Source: a virus. Taken from it: a DNA stretch of 64,000 nucleotides. This document shows, piece by piece, positions 55,250 through 63,976 of this stretch. The position numbers and the translations under genes are program-made. The notes under the pieces are model-generated. The model did no database searches. It had not been told where the DNA came from and saw nothing but the letters and a program-made list of their open reading frames with translations. The stretch is taken from the IMG/VR virus record IMGVR_UViG_3300042453_004886, positions 130,627-194,626 of that record. One strand, written 5' to 3'. Position 1 is the first letter of the stretch; each line of letters begins with the position of its first letter.

Positions 55250-56524
55250 ATGACCGCTTCTTCTATCGATATGGAGATTTCTACCGTGACTGAAATGACT
55301 CCTTATGACGTTTACCTGGAAGCCATGAAGCTGTTCCCCACGAACATGCATCAGCGGCTGATTCACTACACCCGGCACTGCACCTACCGCAACCAGCGGC
55401 TGGGTCGCAATCCGGCCATGTCAGTCGTGGACTTCATCGGTTCTCACGGCGAGGGCAAGACTGCCATCATGGCAGACTATGTTCTCAAGGTGTCCGGTGT
55501 GTCTGCCAAGACGCACAGCTACCAAGAAGTTCGAGATACTCTCAGCCGCCATTTGACCGTGGTTTCTGGCGGCGGCATCACGGACGTGGCCGAGATCACC
55601 GGCCTCTCCTATATTGACCGTGAAACCAAAACGACTCGAACTGCTCGTGCAGCTAACTTTGGTACCGAGGCTTCACCTTGGCGCCTGGTGCTCATCGACG
55701 ACTGGACGCGTTCTTTGCCACACGTTCTCCAGGGCTTGATGAGCATTATCAATACCGGCACCTACAATGGCTTCTCTCTGGATGCAGGTTCGTTCATCGT
55801 GGCGACCCGTAACCCCGAGGGTGAAGACTACAACGTGTCGGGCATTGACCCGGCACAGCTTTCTCGTACAATTCCCATCGTATACAACACGTCTGAAGCA
55901 ACGTTCTTTGAGCAGCTTCAGGCACAAAGCATCGACTCTAGCATCATGAACTTCTGGATGCGTCATCCTGAGCTGGCTCGTCCTCGCCAGATGACGATTC
56001 ATCCGATCAAGGAAGCCAACTGCTCGCGTTTCCGGATGCTGTTCTCGTCCATTTACGAGTTCATCAAGTACGATCAGCTCGTTCTCAACGAGGTGGTCAA
56101 CTCCATGTTTGGTCCCGAAATGCTGGCGATGATGCTCAGCGATCTTCGGGCAGAGCAGCCCATTGACCCCGATCGTATTCTCAACGGCTGGGGCGCTGAT
56201 CTCGAGAAGAAGATCAACGACTACGCCAATAATCATCAGGATGTCCTGACGGTTACCATCCAGCGTCTTGCGTATCTTCTGAACGCATCAGATACCAAGG
56301 TCAATCCGACCCAGATGAAGAACGTGGTTCACTTCATGGGAGCCCTGCCGCAAGACAGCGCGTTCATGATGTGCAAGCTTCTGATCGATCCTGGACAGCC
56401 TCGTCGTGACGAGTACGTGCGGGAGATTGTCTCCATTTCAGAAAGCCTTCCTGACAACAACAACGTGGTCAAGATGGTTATCGATCTGAGGGCAAGCATC
56501 AACCAGAAGCTGGCCAACGTTTAG
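55250..56524 (+). CDS. MoxR-like AAA+ ATPase
   Basis: Walker A GSHGEGKT; Walker B LVLIDD; IVATRNP...N.SGIDPAQLSR; AGGAGG RBS. Confidence 0.85.
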   Translation: MTASSIDMEISTVTEMTPYDVYLEAMKLFPTNMHQRLIHYTRHCTYRNQRLGRNPAMSVVDFIGSHGEGKTAIMADYVLKVSGVSAKTHSYQEVRDTLSRHLTVVSGGGITDVAEITGLSYIDRETKTTRTARAANFGTEASPWRLVLIDDWTRSLPHVLQGLMSIINTGTYNGFSLDAGSFIVATRNPEGEDYNVSGIDPAQLSRTIPIVYNTSEATFFEQLQAQSIDSSIMNFWMRHPELARPRQMTIHPIKEANCSRFRMLFSSIYEFIKYDQLVLNEVVNSMFGPEMLAMMLSDLRAEQPIDPDRILNGWGADLEKKINDYANNHQDVLTVTIQRLAYLLNASDTKVNPTQMKNVVHFMGALPQDSAFMMCKLLIDPGQPRRDEYVREIVSISESLPDNNNVVKMVIDLRASINQKLANV

Positions 56525-56532
56525 AAAGGAGT

Positions 56533-56560
56533 CCCCCTGGGAAGAGCTCTTCCCAGGGGG
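56533..56560. repeat. Perfect 28-bp palindrome
   Basis: CCCCCTGGGAAGAGCTCTTCCCAGGGGG. Confidence 0.85.
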
Positions 56561-56567
56561 CATACTT

Positions 56568-56846
56568 ATGGTCTACACTCTGAATGAGATCCGAGAGCTC
56601 TGCAAGAACCCCGAGCTTCCTGCAGATGCAATCCAATTTATTGAATCTCAGATTCCTGACGCTCACTATCAAGGCCACATGGAATCTGATCTTTGTATGA
56701 CATTGTTTTTCCAAGATGCGCGTTCTTCTGTCACTCGAAGCAGAAAAGTAATTCGAGTTGACACATCGTGGCAGGATACCTCGGTCATAGCGGCATTCCT
56801 CGATTTTGATGAAGAGGGCAAACCTCTTTGTTTGGATATTGTATGA
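56568..56846 (+). CDS. Hypothetical protein
   Basis: 92-aa ORF whose stop overlaps the polymerase ATG. Confidence 0.7.
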   Translation: MVYTLNEIRELCKNPELPADAIQFIESQIPDAHYQGHMESDLCMTLFFQDARSSVTRSRKVIRVDTSWQDTSVIAAFLDFDEEGKPLCLDIV

Positions 56847-58819
56847 ATCTTGATTATGTCTTGGTAGAAAGAGTTTCCGATCTTGAAGATTGCATTCAAG
56901 AACTGAATAAATCTGAAGATATTGCTCTGGATACTGAGACATATCAGGATCCAACAAAACCTACAAGTCCATACGGGTTCTCAGACCCGCATACAAATAA
57001 GATCCGGCTGGTCCAGCTTAAAAGCAAAACCAGCCCGATTTATTTGATTGATCTCAAAGTTATCAACAATCAATGCCTTGAACTTCTGAAGAATTTTCTT
57101 TCTCAGGAAGACAAGGTCTGGGTTATTCATAATGCCAAGTTTGACTACAAAATGATCAAAGTCAATCTTGGGGTATCTCTCATCAATCTCTGGGATACCA
57201 TGATCGCCAGTCAGCTTATCGGGCACGCGTGTGGAACCAATTTTGGCAAAGCACGTGGTCACGGTTTGAAAGCTGTTTTAAGAGATTTTCTCAGCGTAGA
57301 AATCAACAAAAACGAGCAAGCCAGTTACTGGGGCGGAGCGCTGACTCCCGAGCAGTATTCTTATGCTGCCCATGACGTTTTGCATATTCTTGAACTCAAG
57401 GATATGCTCAACGATGTTCTGGTCAAGCCGTATCCGGAAGGCTACGGAATGGCCAAGGCAACCCAAGACGAGATGGCTCTGGTTTCCGTACTGGGTGACA
57501 TCGAGATCAATGGCGTTGCTTTTGATCTGGAAGTCTTCAAGCTTGTCCAGGCTGCAGCAAAAGCAACCATTCCTTCACTGGTCGAGCGTATCTGCAAAAA
57601 CTTTGGAATCGGTATTCAAAAGGGTTTCATGGGGGTGACCCCCGCTATCAATTTGGATTCTGTTCCTCAGCTGATGGAGATGCTCAAGAAAAACAATATA
57701 GAAGTCGAATCTACCGAATCCGACGTGCTTGAAGAAGCATCCAAGATTTATCCTAAGTTAGTTGATCTGATCGAATACAAGAAGCTTCAAAAATCTTTGA
57801 GCTTTCCTTACGGAGACTGGATCAATCCGGTTACCGGAAGACTGCATCCCTCCTACAACCAGCTGGGTGCGGGAACAAGCAGACTTAGTTGTAACGAGCC
57901 AAATCTTCAACAGGTACCGAAGATTACTTTGAAGATTCCGCAAAAACTCATCGATCCAGAAAAACATAAAATCTTTTACAACAAAAAAGAATCAGAGAAA
58001 TCCGGTAAAGACACCTATACCATTAGCTATCGATCTTGCTTTTCTACTGAAGCTGGAAACCGGATGATCAACTGTGACTTTTCCGGACAGGAGCTGTGTA
58101 TCGTGGCTTCGATGTCGGAAGACAAGCTAATGTGCCATATCTTGTCTCAACCAGAGTTGAAGCCGGATGGCTCAAAAAATCCTGAAGCAGACCTGCACTC
58201 GATTGCTGCAAACGGCATGTTCCCTGAAGTTGCAGTAGCAGACATCGCTAACGGCGCTACAGATTCAAAAGGCGTGAAGTACCGGGACTACGGTAAAATC
58301 CTGAACTTTTCTACCATCTACGGAAAAACCGCTGAAGGTTATGCCAAGGACTGGGGAATTGACACCAAGGAAGCCAAGAAGATCCTCAAAGGGTATTTCA
58401 CCAAGTTCCCGGGTCTGGCATTCTGGCTTGAAAACGTGAGTGAAATTGGGGAGAATACACGACTTAGTATGTTCCCGGAAGGATTTCCGGAAGCTCGCTA
58501 TCGTTTCTTGAACGACAACGGTAAATCTGATGCCGGCGCAATCAGTCGTGCTTCCAAGAACTCTCCCGTTCAGGGAACCGGTGCTATCATGGTCAAGCAG
58601 TCGCTTGTCCAGATTAAAGATAAGTTCAAGAATAAACCCCTAAAATTTATTCTTACGGTACACGACGAAATAGGATTTGAAGCTCCTGTTGAATATGCAG
58701 AAGAGTTCAGATCTGAAATCAAATCAATCATGGAAAGTGTAGCCAATTACTTCCTGAAAGGTCTTGTACCTGGAAGAGTTGATGCTAAAATTGGTAACAC
58801 TTGGCAAGAAAGTCATTAG
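56843..58819 (+). CDS. polA: Family A DNA polymerase (3'-5' exonuclease plus polymerase; no 5' nuclease)
   Basis: LDTET; HNAKFD; YAAHD; TSRLSCNEPNLQQVP; DFSGQEL; R..GKILNFSTIYG; TVHDEI. Confidence 0.95.
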   Translation: MNLDYVLVERVSDLEDCIQELNKSEDIALDTETYQDPTKPTSPYGFSDPHTNKIRLVQLKSKTSPIYLIDLKVINNQCLELLKNFLSQEDKVWVIHNAKFDYKMIKVNLGVSLINLWDTMIASQLIGHACGTNFGKARGHGLKAVLRDFLSVEINKNEQASYWGGALTPEQYSYAAHDVLHILELKDMLNDVLVKPYPEGYGMAKATQDEMALVSVLGDIEINGVAFDLEVFKLVQAAAKATIPSLVERICKNFGIGIQKGFMGVTPAINLDSVPQLMEMLKKNNIEVESTESDVLEEASKIYPKLVDLIEYKKLQKSLSFPYGDWINPVTGRLHPSYNQLGAGTSRLSCNEPNLQQVPKITLKIPQKLIDPEKHKIFYNKKESEKSGKDTYTISYRSCFSTEAGNRMINCDFSGQELCIVASMSEDKLMCHILSQPELKPDGSKNPEADLHSIAANGMFPEVAVADIANGATDSKGVKYRDYGKILNFSTIYGKTAEGYAKDWGIDTKEAKKILKGYFTKFPGLAFWLENVSEIGENTRLSMFPEGFPEARYRFLNDNGKSDAGAISRASKNSPVQGTGAIMVKQSLVQIKDKFKNKPLKFILTVHDEIGFEAPVEYAEEFRSEIKSIMESVANYFLKGLVPGRVDAKIGNTWQESH

Positions 58820-58828
58820 GAGTTTTCT

Positions 58829-59443
58829 ATGAAGATAAAGTTAAAATTTCCACCCAAGAAAATAAACCTTTCTGACACGAAAGAAGTTTTAAGCTTTATC
58901 TTGGGAGAGTCATTTCTGAAAGACTCTGTAGTCTTTTATGAATTGATTAGCTCAAAACCTTTTGAAGCTAATTTAATTATTGATGCACAAACCATAAAAG
59001 TTCCCATGCGGATTCGGGTAAAGCAAGGTAATCTTCACTTTGAAACGACGATTACCTCGCTGACCCAAACTCAAGCCATGCTTCTTCAGATCAATATGTG
59101 GTCCAAACCAGTTGAAACGAACATGGTTTACCCGTATGCTATGTGTAACGACACCGGCGAAGTTGTCTTCACGGTATCAGGTGCGCTACCTCTTTCTCGT
59201 ATATCCGTTACCCAGATGTCAAAATTTCTCATGGAATTTATTGACACGTGCGCTTTCGTGGTTCATTGTAACTTTGAATTTGGTAAAGACGGCCCACCTA
59301 GCAAGTCAAAAGAAACTCCAGAGTGGGTTGAAAATGCAATGAAGCAAGAACTTGCTGGACCTCGATCTGCTGAATTTATCTTAGACTCAACCTCGCCTGA
59401 TCTTACTAAAGAGGATTCCCCAGATGATCATCCGAATCAATAG
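58829..59443 (+). CDS. Hypothetical protein (YbjN-like fold possible)
   Basis: 204-aa ORF with GGAG RBS. Confidence 0.6.
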   Translation: MKIKLKFPPKKINLSDTKEVLSFILGESFLKDSVVFYELISSKPFEANLIIDAQTIKVPMRIRVKQGNLHFETTITSLTQTQAMLLQINMWSKPVETNMVYPYAMCNDTGEVVFTVSGALPLSRISVTQMSKFLMEFIDTCAFVVHCNFEFGKDGPPSKSKETPEWVENAMKQELAGPRSAEFILDSTSPDLTKEDSPDDHPNQ

Positions 59444-60569
59444 TGTCGAAGATCTCAGAAATCCTGTCAGTAGATGCAAGTCAGCTGTAAACAAGGGGGA
59501 TGGCAGCAATGCCATCCAATCTTGTATTTTATTTCAAGCTACCGAAGACGATCTGACAGGCCGGCTACGCTTGACTGCTCTGGATTCCAGAAGTCACCAG
59601 CTCACGCTGTGCGTTCCAGAAGGCGCTGTAGACGTTCAAGAGGCGGGCGAAGCGCTTGTTCCCTATGACTACCTTTCGGACCTTCTGAGCAGGCTTCCAC
59701 AAGCACAGGAAATCACTCTTGAGATTTCTGGCAATAACCGGATGCTGGTAAAGTGCCACCCCGACGAGTTCGAGGTGTTTCTGCACCAGGCAGATCCAGA
59801 AGACTTCAAGCTGGGCATGCTTCAAGAAAAAGACATTCCTCAGGAAGTTTGTATCTTGGAAGCCCACGCTCTTAACCAGGTCATTACAGACAGCTTGGCA
59901 ATCATCTTGGATCAAGAAGATTTCAAGCTTGTCGGCGAAGGCATCATGCTTCACGGCTTTTCACACGACCGTGGATCAAACATTGTTTCTCGCGTCACCG
60001 TTCAGACCCAAGAACAATCAGAAGACTGGTCAGTCAGCGTTGTTGGTAAGCTGATGAAACTTATCAATAAATACTGGACTGACATGGTTACCGTGCATTT
60101 AAATACCTACGACTCTCCTGTCCTGGTATTTAAATCAAACCACGATTATTTTGTTGTAAAGCAGCTGACCACAGATGTGGATGTATCCATGCTGCAAGAA
60201 GCTCTGAGCAGAGAAAGCGTGGGTTCTTTTGTGGTCGAAGGCGCTTTGTTCAGGAGTAAAGCTAAGCTTTTGGATCTTGCTAAAACTGAAGTCAACATCC
60301 AGATTTCAAAAAACATCCTCAAATTTTTTAGCTCGTACGCAAGCCGAGGAAACAACGATGTCAAGGTTCCTATCCTGCATCTGAGTGACGAACAGCCCAA
60401 CGAAAAGTTTTCCAAGGATCTTCTCAAACGTGCCATCTCCGCACTTGAAGTCAGTCAAATTCAAGGCGAGTGGGTTCCGTTTGATGAAGAGAACTCCAAT
60501 TTCTTTCTACGTTTTGTAGACGCAGACTTACCAGAATACCGTCAAGTTGTCATCACTCCTATCCAGTAA
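59424..60569 (+). CDS. dnaN: DNA polymerase III beta (sliding clamp)-like protein
   Basis: 381 aa; CILFQA...LRLTALD; GEALVPYDYLSDLLSRLP; EITLE; three-domain length typical of a beta clamp. Confidence 0.75.
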   Translation: MIIRINSVEDLRNPVSRCKSAVNKGDGSNAIQSCILFQATEDDLTGRLRLTALDSRSHQLTLCVPEGAVDVQEAGEALVPYDYLSDLLSRLPQAQEITLEISGNNRMLVKCHPDEFEVFLHQADPEDFKLGMLQEKDIPQEVCILEAHALNQVITDSLAIILDQEDFKLVGEGIMLHGFSHDRGSNIVSRVTVQTQEQSEDWSVSVVGKLMKLINKYWTDMVTVHLNTYDSPVLVFKSNHDYFVVKQLTTDVDVSMLQEALSRESVGSFVVEGALFRSKAKLLDLAKTEVNIQISKNILKFFSSYASRGNNDVKVPILHLSDEQPNEKFSKDLLKRAISALEVSQIQGEWVPFDEENSNFFLRFVDADLPEYRQVVITPIQ

Positions 60570-60577
60570 GGAATTTT

Positions 60578-61003
60578 ATGCGTAGGCAAAAGATTACTTT
60601 AAAAGACGCTCAGGATTTTGAAAATACATCCCTTCCTTACGTCTACATGGAAGGAATGCCTGTACAAATCGAAGCAGACGGCGTTGTAAAAAACAGAGCT
60701 CATTTGCCTTTTCTCTGTAAAAGGTGTATGTTTCCTCTGCAGTCCATGCAAACCAAGAAACTGACCAAGACAGGTTACCTGCCTGTGATCTGTCTGGGAA
60801 CCTGTTTAGACGCTCTGATGAAGAAAGAGCACGCGCTTGCGGAGCTCAACATTCAACCGGGTGAAGTCTTTGGAAACTCCTGGACTATTCCAGATAAAAT
60901 CGTTGCTCAAGCTTTGAACTATTCTTTTGAGGGGGATGCACATGCAACCTCAGGTGTGGATGAGACATCCGGAGTTTCTGAAAGTCCGGAAAGCTCTAGC
61001 TAG
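60578..61003 (+). CDS. Hypothetical protein (CxxC...CxxxC)
   Basis: 141-aa ORF with AAGGA RBS. Confidence 0.65.
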   Translation: MRRQKITLKDAQDFENTSLPYVYMEGMPVQIEADGVVKNRAHLPFLCKRCMFPLQSMQTKKLTKTGYLPVICLGTCLDALMKKEHALAELNIQPGEVFGNSWTIPDKIVAQALNYSFEGDAHATSGVDETSGVSESPESSS

Positions 61004-61631
61004 CTGGAACAGAAATGATTTTCTGGACTTTGCTTACAACCTTTTTTCTAATGAGGATATTGAGTTTGATCAACTCGTAGCCATGGTTACCCTGCTCAAA
61101 AAGCCGGGTGTCAAACCACCTCAAAACGTAAAACGTGTCCAGCAAAAAATTGTATTTAGATCTAATAAATCAGCTCAGTATACCGGTGATGTCCACCGTT
61201 TATTTCTGAGTGCTAAGCAAGTAAAAATACATTTTGCAACAAAAGAGAGTTTCTTGGCTTGGGCCTGTGAGCTTGTACGCTGCACAGGTCAAAGCTGGGA
61301 AAAAGCATATGATCAGTTCAAGCGAGAAAACCTCAGCTTGATTGCAGTTCATCAAGCGCTTTCTACCGGTAAATCTTTTCAGGAACTTCTGCTGCTTACA
61401 GGGGAGATCAAAGTCGATCACCAGCTTGTACGCTATCTGCAGAATCAAGAAGTCAAGTGGTCCAGGCTTACTCAAGCTTACCCCGATAACACGCCTCTCA
61501 AGAGGGTTTACTACTCTCTATCAAAAGAGGATAAATTGGTGGATAAAGAGGGTGAGATCTGGAGGGTTTCTCATGTCAAGCAAAAACTGGAGCAACCTCC
61601 AGAGATTACAATTGAAAAGGTCGTGGAGTAA
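60942..61631 (+). CDS. Hypothetical protein
   Basis: About 229-aa ORF coupled to the next gene (TAATG). Confidence 0.7.
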   Translation: MQPQVWMRHPEFLKVRKALASWNRNDFLDFAYNLFSNEDIEFDQLVAMVTLLKKPGVKPPQNVKRVQQKIVFRSNKSAQYTGDVHRLFLSAKQVKIHFATKESFLAWACELVRCTGQSWEKAYDQFKRENLSLIAVHQALSTGKSFQELLLLTGEIKVDHQLVRYLQNQEVKWSRLTQAYPDNTPLKRVYYSLSKEDKLVDKEGEIWRVSHVKQKLEQPPEITIEKVVE

Positions 61632-62239
61632 TGCCCGGTAGTGGATGCGCTAGATGCGAGTTCAGTGCCGGGTGTGAAAAAGAAGTTCCTGGCAAAGTTC
61701 CTGCAAGTCCAATAGCTGCGGTTGTGGGTTCTTACCCAAATGCAGAAGATGAAAAGGTCGGGGAGCCATTCTCCGACCTTTTCGGAAAGCTTTTGAAGCA
61801 AGCCCTCACAAACGAAGGCGTCAATACAGAAGAAGTCATTTTTGTTCACGCTTTGAGGTGTTCTCCTCGAGGTAAAAACATCAAAGATGTTCACTTGAAT
61901 GCTTGCAGAAACTGGGTCGATCAAGACCTGAAAAAGCTCAGACCGCTTCCTCAAAAGCTGGTTCTTATCTGTGGCAAAGACGGCATGGACAGCCTCCTGT
62001 ACGAGCTCAAACTTGCAGGGGGGTATGTATCCAATCGAGGCCAGTGGATCGAGCACAAAGGCACGAGCTACATGGTCACGTTCCCTCCCAAGTACGTCTC
62101 TGATCTTGCTCCTTTCAGAAAAGATGCAGAGGGTAGATGGTGGATCCCGCCGGGTTCTGTTCCTTGGTTCTGGTTTCAAGATATTAAAAAGTTTGCATCA
62201 CGTGTAAAAGCACTCAAACAAAAATTGGAGGAGTCATGA
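61631..62239 (+). CDS. Family 4 UDG-like protein with degenerate catalytic motifs
   Basis: CARC; RCSP; NAC; G.PF...GKLL retained. GEGPG is replaced by GSYPN and HPS by FPP. Confidence 0.75.
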   Translation: MPGSGCARCEFSAGCEKEVPGKVPASPIAAVVGSYPNAEDEKVGEPFSDLFGKLLKQALTNEGVNTEEVIFVHALRCSPRGKNIKDVHLNACRNWVDQDLKKLRPLPQKLVLICGKDGMDSLLYELKLAGGYVSNRGQWIEHKGTSYMVTFPPKYVSDLAPFRKDAEGRWWIPPGSVPWFWFQDIKKFASRVKALKQKLEES

Positions 62240-62394
62240 ACAAATACAGTGCTTCAGATTTCAAACGTATGGCTGTAGAGTTGATCGATGAAATTCAAGC
62301 TACCGGAGAACTTATATACGTTCAGAGAAAAGGCAAGGATGCCGCAGTCTTGATCTCATTTGAAGAATTTAAAAAGCTAACGAATTCTAATTAA
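62236..62394 (+). CDS. Phd/YefM-family antitoxin-like protein (52 aa, not in the track)
   Basis: MNKYSASDFKRMAVELIDEIQATGELIYVQRKGKDAAVLISFEEFKKL; GGAGG RBS. Confidence 0.8.
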   Translation: MNKYSASDFKRMAVELIDEIQATGELIYVQRKGKDAAVLISFEEFKKLTNSN

Positions 62395-62399
62395 CAGCC

Positions 62400-62430
62400 C
62401 TTGCCCCCGGTATTACCGGGGGCAAGTCTT
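62400..62430 (+). terminator. Near-perfect palindrome/terminator
   Basis: CTTGCCCCCGGTA-T-TACCGGGGGCAAG followed by TCTTT. Confidence 0.7.
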
Positions 62431-62443
62431 TCAGGAGAATTTC

Positions 62444-62947
62444 ATGGGATACAGAAGTTCAGTGGTCATCGGATTTAGTAAAAAAGAATATGATTTATTT
62501 TGTAAATACATTGATGAGAATTTTACTATAGAAAATTTTAAGTTCAAAAATTCTTTAGGTAGTGTGTCCGAAGAAGAACAAAATAAATTGCATATGATCA
62601 GACTTCTAGAAGCTGCTTCAATTTACAAATTCAAAACCCATTCCTCAGAAAATGAATACGTAGCTATGTACTGGGACTACGTTAAATGGTACGAAGAGTA
62701 CCCTGAAGTCAAAGCGATAGTAAACTACTTAAACTCTATTTCAGATACTTCAGAAGATCCAGAATTTTGCTTTATTAGAGTTGGCGAGGATTTTGGTGAT
62801 TGCGATAAATTTGGAGACGGGGATGTTTTAGGAAAGTTAGATAATTTTGGCATTTTTATAAATTGGGGGCTACAAATTCCTACCGCTGAAACTGCTGAAA
62901 ATAAATTCAGGAGTATTTACAAAGAATTAAATTCACAGGAGGTCTAA
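62444..62947 (+). CDS. Hypothetical phage protein
   Basis: MGYRSSV...WDYVKWYEEYPEV...FIRVGEDFGD; AGGAG RBS. Confidence 0.8.
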   Translation: MGYRSSVVIGFSKKEYDLFCKYIDENFTIENFKFKNSLGSVSEEEQNKLHMIRLLEAASIYKFKTHSSENEYVAMYWDYVKWYEEYPEVKAIVNYLNSISDTSEDPEFCFIRVGEDFGDCDKFGDGDVLGKLDNFGIFINWGLQIPTAETAENKFRSIYKELNSQEV

Positions 62948-63574
62948 GTGCAAACGGTATCTCGCTCTGCAGGCCTTCAGCAATTGCGCTGTCAGGCTTC
63001 TTCTTGCACCGGTTGTGGGCTATCCGCGACGCGTACCAACGTCGTCTTTGGTGAAGGTCCTTACAACGCGTCTATCATGGTTATCGGCGAAGGCCCTGGC
63101 GAACAGGAGGACCAGTACGGAGTTCCATTCATTGGAAGAGCGGGTCAACTGCTCACAACCATCATGGACCAAGCCAAGATTCAACGTAACGAGGTCTACA
63201 TCACCAATGTGGTGAAGTGCAGACCGCCAGGTAATCGAGATCCAGAAACTGCTGAAAAACTGGCATGTAGTCGATTCTTGAATCAACAGCTTGAGATTGT
63301 AAATCCCAAGATCGTGGTTCTGGTCGGACGAATCGCTGCATCAGCTTATCTTGGCAGAGATGTCAAAATTACAAAAGAACGAGGAGTTTGGCTTCCGCGT
63401 AGAAATGAAAATCAACCTCATGTCATGATTGTTTTACACCCTAGCTATTTGCTCAGGAATAAAGATGATAATGCCATGATTGATACAATTAAAGATTTCA
63501 TGGAGATTCGTAGATTAGATAACGAGATCAACTACTCCAAATCTCAATCTAGATTTTCCTTGGATGACGAGTAA
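62948..63574 (+). CDS. Family 4 uracil-DNA glycosylase (Fe-S)
   Basis: CTGC; GEGPGEQED; GVPFIGRAG; ITNVVKCRPPGNRDP; HPSYLLR. Confidence 0.95.
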   Translation: MQTVSRSAGLQQLRCQASSCTGCGLSATRTNVVFGEGPYNASIMVIGEGPGEQEDQYGVPFIGRAGQLLTTIMDQAKIQRNEVYITNVVKCRPPGNRDPETAEKLACSRFLNQQLEIVNPKIVVLVGRIAASAYLGRDVKITKERGVWLPRRNENQPHVMIVLHPSYLLRNKDDNAMIDTIKDFMEIRRLDNEINYSKSQSRFSLDDE

Positions 63575-63779
63575 AACGCTTGCCAAAACTTGAGTGCTTG
63601 TGTAGGATAACAAGTGGGCCGGCAATGTCTGGATAAAACTGGGTAAACCTGACAACCGGAGGCCATACGCTACCGCTTGCAAGCAGAACCTTCTCAAGTG
63701 CATATTTCTTGGCAAATGCCCTTTTGTACGCCACGAACAAGGGGAAGGGCGGAGCCTGACCTGAATGCGGTCCTCGCAT
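63549..63779 (-). CDS. Possible small protein or gene remnant
   Basis: 76-aa ORF with protein-like composition but no clear RBS; overlaps the UDG 3' end. Confidence 0.3.
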   Translation of the reverse strand: MRGPHSGQAPPFPLFVAYKRAFAKKYALEKVLLASGSVWPPVVRFTQFYPDIAGPLVILHKHSSFGKRFTRHPRKI

Positions 63780-63933
63780 ACAGACGTCGGAACTGGGTTA
63801 AACTCTTTATCAGCCTCCGCTACCCCGGAGTTTCCCTACGGTCAACTCCGTGGATGTTTAAAAAATAGTTAAACAATCCCGCCCGCGAGGGGAGAAAACC
63901 CCACCGCTAACCCGCCAAGAAACACCCCCACCG

Positions 63934-63976
63934 AACACAGAGAGCCTCGCACATACGCGTACGCTCTCTGTGTTTT
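63934..63976 (+). terminator. 12-bp stem hairpin with T-run
   Basis: AACACAGAGAGC...GCTCTCTGTGTT followed by TT. Confidence 0.55.

Noticed and set aside
56843-58819. Intein or intron in the polymerase (or in DinG/ThyX)
   Set aside because: Motifs are contiguous at normal spacing, with no intein splice motifs or frame interruptions.
53052-62179. Long antisense ORFs (53052..53684, 55673..56236, 61571..62179)
   Set aside because: They are mirror frames of GC-richer genes that have clear motifs on the plus strand; they lack RBS and recognisable motifs.
63755-63790. Minus-strand TGTATGCG...CGCA as group II intron domain V
   Set aside because: No AGC/CGC catalytic triad, no 2-nt bulge, and no domain VI with an AY end.
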